Assembly (NCBI GenBank): GCA_002269645.1 | Contig: NIVC01000181.1 | Location: 461,693-525,692, forward strand | Source: Macrostomum lignano | Taxonomy: Eukaryota | Reading direction: 5' to 3' | Length of the DNA: 64,000 nucleotides | Part shown: positions 40,823-51,991 of the stretch, in pieces | Position numbering within the stretch: position 1 is the first letter of the stretch | How the letters are laid out: every line of letters starts with the position of its first letter | Position numbers and translations under genes: made by a program | The notes under the pieces: model-generated | Databases searched by the model: none | The model's input: the letters and a program-made list of their open reading frames with translations, nothing else | Told to the model about the DNA's origin: nothing

Positions 40823-43800
40823 ACTACTAAGGGATTCCGTAAGGCTTGATTTTGGAGGTGAGGTGGGTGTCAACCCTCCTCGCCTCTCATTGGCTGGCGC
40901 CCCGATCACTAGGTGATCGATACCCGTATCGATATCGGCGACTCGAACCCGCGACCCTCCCCAGCCGCAGGCGCACCTACCGATATTAGATCCCAATAAA
41001 TCAATCAGATCCCAAATCAATCAGATCCCAAATCAATCAGATCCCAAGCGCACCCTCCCGAGCCGCAGGCGCCCATGCAGCAGGCGCCCATGCCGCAGGC
41101 ACCCCGAGTGTACACTCTCCCGATATGTGTGTACACCGATATGTAGTCATCGATACGGGCCTCTTCCCCTCTCTCACCTACATCTCAACTAGCGAAATCG
41201 AACCCAGGTCGCGCCCATACTAGGACACTACACGGTTGTGGGGTATAGGGAGCGAGAAGTTTTAACCCCGATGCTGACGCAGCCCTGCACACTGAGCGTG
41301 TACGGGCAGAGGGTGGGTGGAAAGAGATGTGAATAACACAGCCTGCTGCAGGAGCCGGATAGAGAGGCGCATGCTAGGACAGAGAGGTAGTGTGAGTCAC
41401 ACACACACCCCACAGAGAAAGCCATACAGAGGATAGAGAGCTCCCTCCCCAGTTGCAGGGGACAGAGAGGCAGGCAGGGTATGCAGGGGCATGCGAACCG
41501 TCAAGGGGCCACGCGAGGATAGAGTGGAGGAGCAGAGATGTGTTTGGACAGAGAGCCAGCCACGTGTGCGTAGTGTGAGGGAACAGAAACATATGGAGCA
41601 GGAGGGAGATAGGAAGCAAACGCGCAGGGTAAGGGAGCCATGCAGCAGGGAGCAGTGTACAGTGAGACACGGGCAGGGGTGGAGCCGTGCGTGGACAGAG
41701 CTGAACGGCACGGTCAGCTGCAGGAATAGGATGATAGAGAGGCGCGGAGGGGGACAGAGAGCAGTGTGCAGGGTAGGCAGCCACGCAGGCTGGGGAACAG
41801 AGAGGCGCGTGTCAGCCAGTTACAGCCCGGGACAGAGAAGTATGAAGGGGGACCTGGGACAGAGAAGTATGAAGGGGGCCTGGGACAGAGTTGCGAGCAA
41901 GGCACAGAGAGAGGTAGGGTCCGGTAGCTATGTATAGGCAGGGACCCACGCGAGGGCAGGACAGGGCATGCAAGGCATGCAAATTACATGCAAGGGCAGT
42001 GAGGTGTGCGCGGAGGGAGACAGAGAGCAGTGTGTAGGGGTAGGTAACAGCAAACTTTAGTAGAGGCGCGTGCGGGGACGGAGAAACCAGTCTGAGCGTA
42101 CAGAGACGTTACAGAGAGGTACACAAACAGAGACCAAAGCGGGCAGAGCACGTGTAGGGACAGAGACGTGAGGGAGAATAGACCAAAACACGCTATGTAT
42201 TTTCAAAAGTTGGTTTTAGTGCAGCATATTTAATAGCGGGTAGTATATTAGTATGTACATAGTAGGTATAATGGTAGTAATAATAGTAAGTATATTAGCC
42301 CAAAAGGTAGGCTAAAACAGGCTAAACTGTGTGTACGCATCCTCATCACCCCACAAGCCCCCTCTCCCGCCAGACTCACTCTTCCATACCCTCCTGTATT
42401 GCTGTATGAAGGAAAATATAGTGTAAAAATACAGATCTTAACCGTCAGACCGCTGAAATCAGGGCACACTAGAGGGGTTTCGGGGTCTGCATGCTCTATG
42501 TAAGCTGTTTCAATTATGTTTTGAAAAAACTAGGGGCTTAAATACAACGTTTTATTCAAAAAGTAGGTTATTTTAATGAAATAGCTGACACAATCATTGT
42601 CGAGAGTAGAAATTTTTATAAGAAACCAGGCATTTTAGCAAAAATAAACCTTCAAACCACATAAAATTGAATAAAAAGCAGACATTTTCAATTATAAACC
42701 GCAAGTATTTTAATAGAAAAGTAAGCAAACAAGGCACAAAACCAGCAAATTTTACCTTTTTATTTTAATGTTACTGATAAGGTAGAGAGTAGAAACTTGT
42801 GAGCTGTACGGAGTTAGAAAGTATTAACCATTATGTATCGTATGAATTATTAGTTCAGTACCAGCCATTGGTCAAGCGAGCATTTATGAAGTTATTACGA
42901 GTGATGAAGGGATAGAGAGCTATATACAGGAAGACAGTATCCTTCTAAACCACCACGAACAGATTGCTAATAGAGATAAGCTTTGTCTGTGTGCAGTATG
43001 AGTAAGCGAAGGCGGGGCAAATACTTTTCCACATGCCGGACAGAACAGTATTGTGCTAGGATTTCTCTCGAAATCGCGGTACGTTACTAGTTTTTATCAC
43101 ACCATCCAGATGCGTCAACTAGTCAGCAGTAGTCATTTATATGTTATTAGAACTTACAAACCCAGGTCAAGTAAATATTACAAAGAGTATATTACGTACA
43201 CACGCAAACTCCGAATACCAAGCCATACTAGTCTACTTGCAGTGCTCCTGGAGGGAAGGGACGGCGGGGTGTACATCCGGCAGGGTGGGCGTCCAGCGAG
43301 TGTACATCTGACAGGATGGGTGTTCAGCAAGTGTACATCTGACAGGGTGGGCGTTCAGCAAGTGTACCTTCAGCGTCGAGTAGGTGTACACCCGTCAGTG
43401 GGAACTCAGCCCCTCCCACCAATGTCGTGTGCATGCGGTTAGTCAGTATAGTGGTGGGGTAGACGGTGCAGGAAGGAAACCCAGATGCTGACGCTACCCT
43501 GTACAGCGAGCAACCAACCCTCCTGTAGCAGGAGGGGGACAGAGAGTGCGTGGAGGCAGTAGGAGATAGAGGACGCTACCCGGCATGTCGCAGCACGCGG
43601 CGCGGGACAGAGAGGCAGTGTGTAAGTCACCCCGCGGAGGGACAGAGAGCTACCCTGGCAGGAGGCGCGGGACAGAGAGGCGGTGAATCACACCCCACGG
43701 AGAGAGCCGTACAACGAGCTTCCCCACCCGAGTCCGGTAAATATTGCAGAGTATTACGTGCACACGCCAGCCCTGAATACCAAGCCATACTAGTCTACCT

Positions 43801-46800
43801 GCAGTGCTCCCAGAGGGAAGGGATGGTCAGGAGTTACACACCAAGAATGCATTCATACAAAGAGTACACAACTCGAGCCTAGACACCAAGTCACAGTCTA
43901 CTTACAGTAGAGATGGTAGATTAATAGCAAGATTATATTACAATTAGACCTCCCTAGCACATGAGGAGTGAAATTCAATAATAATTGAATTCAATAACAA
44001 TACAACATTTAGACGTAGTAATTTAATTACAAAATACCACTAACACTGAGCCAACGAATTGTAGGTTACAAAGGAGTTGCCACTCATATGGAAAGCCAGT
44101 ATAATGCAGGTGTATATTATTAAAACATAGACAAAAACGATGCAGACGTATATACACACTATTGATTTTGTACATGTACATTTCGGCATATTACCACACA
44201 TCGCGGGCACATATTATATATCGGGGGATAGGTTAAAATACACACATCGTAGATGTAGAAGCAGACACAATGCAGGAAAATTATGATACGAGTGTACATA
44301 TTAGTGCGTAAAAGTATCATATTATGACACCCTGTAGCACATATTGACATAATGCAGGGGAAAATATTGACAGAAATAGTACACAATTGTAGAGGTAACA
44401 ACCCGCCAACTAGTAAGGACATCCAGCACTTGTTCAGGTTTTTATTATTTCGAGACGAGTGTCATGCCCCCGCAAGAGATCTTATCAGAAATTTGTTGAA
44501 CTCCACTGCAACTCTCCCCAGAGCCTCCAAATGTGAGTTTTTAACCAGGGTCGAGTACAAAGGACCCGCCCACTCTTAACCCCAAGGGGTGATCGTAGCG
44601 GAGACCAAGTACAGTGCGGACGGAGAGGGGTAACAGAAAGCGCTGCATCAGACCGCAGGGCTGCATTCCTCCCCCGAGGTAGGCGCGTCAGCTCCCACTC
44701 CTCATTTAACCATCAAGTAAACTAAAGAAGTCAAGCAGAAAGCCTTACAATCACCCGCAGCCAGCACAAGTAAGAGTACTTTCCACTAGAGAACCATAGT
44801 GCAAGATTCGCGAGCCAAGTTGAAGAAGCACACCAAATTACACTAAAGACATATGTATTAAAAAGCATACCGGCACCTCTACAAAAACACAGTATGTACC
44901 GATTAAAGTTGCTTTTGGTGCAGTGTATTTAATAAAAAGCAGGTACCTAACACAAAAGTAGGCATCAATGCAGTACACGGGCTAAACTGTATTTACAAAC
45001 GCAGGGCAACGAACTACACACAATGTAGCGCATAGACATAATTGTACGCATAAATGTACGCAATTTCCGGCATATAGGACCAAATGTACGCAAATGTACA
45101 CAATGTACACAAACACACACACACACAGGCGCATCCTGCAGCGCATCCTGCAGCACCGATCGCCGCAGGCGATGGCGCCATCGGCAGGAAGCTTTTGCTG
45201 TGAATACGCCTGAGTGTGTGTGTTTGTGTACATTGTGTACATTTGCGTACATTTGGTCCTATATGCCGGAAATTGCGTACATTTATGCGTACAATTATGT
45301 CTATGCGCTACATTGTGTGTAGTTCGTTGCCCTGCGTTTGTAAATACAGTTTAGCCCGTGTACTGCATTGATGCCTACTTTTGTGTTAGGTACCTGCTTT
45401 TTATTAAATACACTGCACCAAAAGCAACTTTAATCGGTACATACTGTGTTTTTGTAGAGGTGCCGGTATGCTTTTTAATACATATGTCTTTAGTGTAATT
45501 TGGTGTGCTTCTTCAACTTGGCTCGCGAATCTTGCACTATGGTTCTCTAGTGGAAAGTACTCTTACTTGTGCTGGCTGCGGGTGATTGTAAGGCTTTCTG
45601 CTTGACTTCTTTAGTTTACTTGATGGTTAAATGAGGAGTGGGAGCTGACGCGCCTACCTCGGGGAGGAATGCAGCCCTGCGGTCTGATGCAGCGCTTTCT
45701 GTTACCCCTCTCCGTCCGCACTGTACTTGGTCTCCGCTACGATCACCCCTTGGGGTTAAGAGTGGGCGGGTCCTTTGTACTCGACCCTGGGTTAAAAACT
45801 CACATTTGGAGGCTCTGGGGAGAGTTGCAGTGGAGTTCAACAAATTTCTGATAAGATCTCTTGCGGGGGCATGACACTCGTCTCGAAATAATAAAAACCT
45901 GAACAAGTGCTGGATGTCCTTACTAGTTGGCGGTTGTTACCTCTACAATTGTGTACTATTTCTGTCAATATTTTCCCCTGCATTATGTCAATATGTGCTA
46001 CAGGGTGTCATAATATGATACTTTTACGCACTAATATGTACACTCGTATCATAATTTTCCTGCATTGTGTCTGCTTCTACATCTACGATGTGTGTATTTT
46101 AACCTATCCCCCGATATATAATATGTGCCCGCGATGTGTGGTAATATGCCGAAATGTACATGTACAAAACAATAGTGTGTATATACGTCTGCATCGTTTT
46201 TGTCTATGTTTTAATAATATACACCTGCATTATACTGGCTTTCCATATGAGTGGCAACTCCTTTGTAACCTACAATTCGTTGGCTCAGTGTTAGTGGTAT
46301 TTTGTAATTAAATTACTACGTCTAAATGTTGTATTGTTATTGAATTCAATTATTATTGAATTTCACTCCTCATGTGCTAGGGAGGTCTAATTGTAATATA
46401 ATCTTGCTATTAATCTACCATCTCTACTGTAAGTAGACTGTGACTTGGTGTCTGGCTCGAGTTGTGTACTCTTTGTATGAATGCATTCTTGGTGTGTAAC
46501 TCCTGACCATCCCTTCCCTCTGGGAGCACTGCAGGTAGACTAGTATGGCTTGGTATTCAGGGCTGGCGTGTGCACGTAATACTCTGTAATATTTACCGGA
46601 CTCGGGTGGGGAAGCTCGTTGTACGGCTCTCTCCGTGGGGTGTGATTCACCGCCTCTCTGTCCCGCGCCTCCTGCCAGGGTAGCTCTCTGTCCCTCCGCG
46701 GGGTGACTTACACACTGCCTCTCTGTCCCGCGCCGCGTGCTGCGACATGCCGGGTAGCGTCCTCTATCTCCTACTGCCTCCACGCACTCTCTGTCCCCCT

Positions 46801-49510
46801 CCTGCTACAGGAGGGTGGTTGCTCGCTGTACAGGGTAGCGTCAGCATCTGGGTTTCCTTCCTGCACCGTCTACCCCACCACTATACTGACTAACCGCATG
46901 CACACGACATTGGTGGGAGGGGCTGAGTTCCCACTGACGGGTGTACACCTACTCGACGCTGAAGGTACACTTGCTGAACGCCCACCCTGTCAGATGTACA
47001 CTTGCTGAACACCCATCCTGTCAGATGTACACTCGCTGGACGCCCACCCTGCCGGATGTACACCCCGCCGTCCCTTCCCTCCAGGAGCACTGCAAGTAGA
47101 CTAGTATGGCTTGGTATTCGGAGTTGGCGTGTGTACGTAATATACTCTTTGTAATATTTACTTGACCTGGGTTTGTAAGTTCTAATAACATATAAATGAC
47201 TACTGCTGACTAGTTGACGCATCTGGATGGTGTGATAAAAACTAGTAACGTACCGCGATTTCGAGAGAAATCCTAGCACAATACTGTTCTGTCCGGCATG
47301 TGGAAAAGTATTTGCCCCGCCTTCGCTTACTCATACTGCACACAGACAAAGCTTATCTCTATTAGCAATCTGTTCGTGGTGGTTTAGAAGGATACTGTCT
47401 TCCTGTATATAGCTCTCTATCCCTTCATCACTCGTAATAACTTCATAAATGCTCGCTTGACCAATGGCTGGTACTGAACTAATAATTCATACGATACATA
47501 ATGGTTAATACTTTCTAACTCCGTACAGCTCACAAGTTTCTACTCTCTACCTTATCAGTAACATTAAAATAAAAAGGTAAAATTTGCTGGTTTTGTGCCT
47601 TGTTTGCTTACTTTTCTATTAAAATACTTGCGGTTTATAATTGAAAATGTCTGCTTTTTATTCAATTTTATGTGGTTTGAAGGTTTATTTTTGCTAAAAT
47701 GCCTGGTTTCTTATAAAAATTTCTACTCTCGACAATGATTGTGTCAGCTATTTCATTAAAATAACCTACTTTTTGAATAAAACGTTGTATTTAAGCCCCT
47801 AGTTTTTTCAAAACATAATTGAAACAGCTTACATAGAGCATGCAGACCCCGAAACCCCTCTAGTGTGCCCTGATTTCAGCGGTCTGACGGTTAAGATCTG
47901 TATTTTTACACTATATTTTCCTTCATACAGCAATACAGGAGGGTATGGAAGAGTGAGTCTGGCGGGAGAGGGGGCTTGTGGGGTGATGAGGATGCGTACA
48001 CACAGTTTAGCCTGTTTTAGCCTACCTTTTGGGCTAATATACTTACTATTATTACTACCATTATACCTACTATGTACATACTAATATACTACCCGCTATT
48101 AAATATGCTGCACTAAAACCAACTTTTGAAAATACATAGCGTGTTTTGGTCTATTCTCCCTCACGTCTCTGTCCCTACACGTGCTCTGCCCGCTTTGGTC
48201 TCTGTTTGTGTACCTCTCTGTAACGTCTCTGTACGCTCAGACTGGTTTCTCCGTCCCCGCACGCGCCTCTACTAAAGTTTGCTGTTACCTACCCCTACAC
48301 ACTGCTCTCTGTCTCCCTCCGCGCACACCTCACTGCCCTTGCATGTAATTTGCATGCCTTGCATGCCCTGTCCTGCCCTCGCGTGGGTCCCTGCCTATAC
48401 ATAGCTACCGGACCCTACCTCTCTCTGTGCCTTGCTCGCAACTCTGTCCCAGGCCCCCCTTCATACTTCTCTGTCCCAGGTCCCCCTTCATACTTCTCTG
48501 TCCCGGGCTGTAACTGGCTGACACGCGCCTCTCTGTTCCCCAGCCTGCGTGGCTGCCTACCCTGCACACTGCTCTCTGTCCCCCTCCGCGCCTCTCTATC
48601 ATCCTATTCCTGCAGCTGACCGTGCCGTTCAGCTCTGTCCACGCACGGCTCCACCCCTGCCCGTGTCTCACTGTACACTGCTCCCTGCTGCATGGCTCCC
48701 TTACCCTGCGCGTTTGCTTCCTATCTCCCTCCTGCTCCATATGTTTCTGTTCCCTCACACTACGCACACGTGGCTGGCTCTCTGTCCAAACACATCTCTG
48801 CTCCTCCACTCTATCCTCGCGTGGCCCCTTGACGGTTCGCATGCCCCTGCATACCCTGCCTGCCTCTCTGTCCCCTGCAACTGGGGAGGGAGCTCTCTAT
48901 CCTCTGTATGGCTTTCTCTGTGGGGTGTGTGTGTGACTCACACTACCTCTCTGTCCTAGCATGCGCCTCTCTATCCGGCTCCTGCAGCAGGCTGTGTTAT
49001 TCACATCTCTTTCCACCCACCCTCTGCCCGTACACGCTCAGTGTGCAGGGCTGCGTCAGCATCGGGGTTAAAACTTCTCGCTCCCTATACCCCACAACCG
49101 TGTAGTGTCCTAGTATGGGCGCGACCTGGGTTCGATTTCGCTAGTTGAGATGTAGGTGAGAGAGGGGAAGAGGCCCGTATCGATGACTACATATCGGTGT
49201 ACACACATATCGGGAGAGTGTACACTCGGGGTGCCTGCGGCATGGGCGCCTGCTGCATGGGCGCCTGCGGCTCGGGAGGGTGCGCTTGGGATCTGATTGA
49301 TTTGGGATCTGATTGATTTGGGATCTGATTGATTTATTGGGATCTAATATCGGTAGGTGCGCCTGCGGCTGGGGAGGGTCGCGGGTTCGAGTCGCCGATA
49401 TCGATACGGGTATCGATCACCTAGTGATCGGGGCGCCAGCCAATGAGAGGCGAGGAGGGTTGACACCCACCTCACCTCCAAAATCAAGCCTTACGGAATC
49501 CCTTAGTAGT
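40823..49510. mobile_element. 8.7-kb palindromic (fold-back) insertion: 4.3-kb inverted arms, 75-bp spacer, ACTACT...AGTAGT termini, 6-bp TSD; Polinton/Maverick-like non-autonomous element
   Basis: Arms 40823-45131 and 45207-49510 are near-identical reverse complements, and mirrored ORFs appear in the ORF track. CCTGTG lies at both 40817-40822 and 49511-49516. Confidence 0.8.
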
Positions 49511-49534
49511 CCTGTGGGAACTGATAGGATCTCT

Positions 49535-49672
49535 CGGTCACGTGATTCTGGGTAGCAACGAGCTTAGCCAATCAGAAAATTCGGCGCTCATTTTAACAAA
49601 ACGGCTCAGCCAATCAGAATCGACGTGTTCCGTTATAACAAACTGCGGTCCAGTTGGCGGCTATTTAAACCG
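49535..49672 (+). promoter_or_regulatory. Pol II promoter-like cluster (CACGTG, two AGCCAATCAG boxes, TATTTAAA), possibly in an LTR or other repeat
   Basis: Two identical CCAAT boxes about 42 bp apart, upstream of a TATA-like box at about 49662; no downstream CDS recognised. Confidence 0.3.
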
Positions 49673-51991
49673 GAGTTTTTGGCCCGCTCGGACAAAAAAC
49701 CCTGCACTTCTTCTTACTTTGGCTCGGGCCCAGCGCGCAACTTCTGGTTCCCGGAGCACGACCGTCGTTTCTTGATCCCCGGATTGCAACTTGCCCCATC
49801 ATCATCAAGGACGAGTCCCCCGGTCGACAGCAGCGAACATCCAGTTAAGAGCATCACCTGCTAGCTAACAGCGAAGATTGTGACAGCATCATCCCGAGTC
49901 TACAGCTGCAGAGCATCGAGCCGATTCGGTCACTGTGGAATACCTGGTCTCCGGCTGTTGAGTTTCTGATTGGTTGGGTGAGAGGCTACCTAGACTTGCT
50001 TGATTGGGTGATCCCTTTTCTGTCCCCTGTTGCAGTAGCTGAATTAGGCGCACACTTTTGCTCATTTTGTTCAGTAGTGCTGTTGCTGAGGCAGGAATCA
50101 TTCAATAATACTGCCAGAGTAGTCTAAGACTCCAATTCAATCTAAAGTGTGAAGTGAATTAAGGAGAAGGTTAAATCTAACAGTTATCTTTGTCGGCTTT
50201 ATTTCTTTGTTCGCCGATGGCTCAGATGAGTAGCTAAGCTAGTAGGCGCCGGTCACAGTAGACCAATGGCAAGGCAGTTCTCAGTCGACCAATCTAACAA
50301 ATCAGTGAGCAAAACTGCCAAAAGTGCAGAATCGGCGCCAGAGATGTACTTTGTGCACTCTAGGGTAGCCAAGCGGCTCGGGTAAATGAATCATGCGGTC
50401 TCTGAAGTTCGAGTTAGCCTATCATCAGCGCTATGAGAGGCTAGTTGGCGCGTTGAAGGCTAAAAGTACATATCTTCGTATTTAGCAATGTAATAGTACA
50501 TGTAGCTACCCCATAGACTCGCCACCGCAAGAATCCCCTGCACAAGTCCCCTCTGTACCTGCATGGCCAACGCGATCTAGTCCCAGCAGTGTCCCTTATC
50601 ATCGGCTATGACTTCGAGATTGACAGCAAAAAGACACTAGTTGGCAGGTAAGTGCAAAGCCCCTTCTAGTCGGAAGCCCGATTTCGAGAGTCCCGGTGTG
50701 GTGAGCCAGGGCGCACGGGCTGGTGGCAGCAAGTTAGTTGATCTGCGGATTAGCTAATCTCTACTTTCAAAATTCTCCCTGCTCGTCTCTCGCTGTCCCT
50801 CTCTTAGCTATAGGACCTAGACTGCTCGCCACACGATCAAGCTACCATGGGGCTGACCATCTGACAGGAGTGGGGGGCCAGGTCTCTAATTGATTTATTT
50901 CTGAGCCTGAGGCCCGAAGGCTTCCCTAACAAGGAGCCCGAAGGTCGAAACCCATCAAATGACAGAAAGGTGCAGCAGGCAGAAAACTATAAGTACAGAG
51001 ACTAAACTCGAAAGGGAAAGGACAGAGAAAATGGGAGAAAAACTAAAAGAAAAAGATTGAAACCATAAATCATGGCATCGTATAGGACAAAGCCAATTAA
51101 CCTTAAACGTTTGCTGAGGAGAGAAAAATTCACACGGCCGGCCGAGCTTGTTGAGCCCGGAGTACGCGCCAACTTGGACCAAAAATAGCTAAAAATAGCA
51201 ACAAAATTGAGAAGTTTGCAATTAAGGGATGGGGAACAGGCCGATGAGGTTAAGCTGAGTGGTTTAAGATTTGAAAGGACAAATTTTTAAAGCGCCGAAA
51301 TAAAAAAATCAAATTTTCAAAACTCCACACGTTCTACTGTACATCTTGTTGAATGGTTCAGCGTACCGATGATGTGCATATACGACTCTATAATAACAAA
51401 TTTGCGAATGTGCAGCGTGCATAGTAAATCCGTTCTATTTAGTTACGGTGGTCAGGTGCTCATTTAAATCAGTTCTGATCAGTTTAATTCGATCGCAATC
51501 GAAAAGAGCTCTAAAATAGATAAATAAATGAGAGCCAAAATCAGCATTCGAAGGGTAAAATAAATATTTAAAACTTTTCTTCCGGTGCATTTCTTCCAGT
51601 CTGGCAACTGTCTGAGGGCTTAATTTATAATGGGACAGATCAACTAGCTACTTACGGCTTGCACCCCCCATGGCCCCAATGCTGGGAATAAATTCGTCCT
51701 CACACGGATGTTCAAGGCTGGACAAACTAAATGAACCAGTAAATAAAATAGAAATTTAACCTTCCGGGTGTTGATTTTGACATTTGACATTTATTTGACA
51801 TTTGTATTTACTGCTATTCATCCAGCGAGCTGGATACGTACTTGAATTCTTTTTTGGTACAATAGTTCGATAAAATTGATAGGCTAAGATAAAATCAAAG
51901 CTCAGAAAAAAATGTATAATATGGTGCATATTTAACGTGGCGAACATATCCTATACGCCAACAAATAGTTTTTATCGATTGCAGAAAACAT

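Noticed and set aside
41228-43882. 65-148 aa ORFs inside the palindrome arms as Polinton genes
   Set aside because: Produced by G/A-rich motif repeats; no pPolB, integrase, ATPase, protease or capsid motifs.
45132-45206. Palindrome as a missed-adapter fold-back read artefact
   Set aside because: No SMRTbell-like adapter in the spacer, the arms differ by substitutions (e.g. 43206, about 43746), and there is a 6-bp TSD with unique flanks on both sides. Not fully excluded without reads.
50895-50955. Hammerhead-ribozyme-like GAGCCCGAAGGTCGAAAC
   Set aside because: No intact CUGANGA core with pairing stems I and III could be built.
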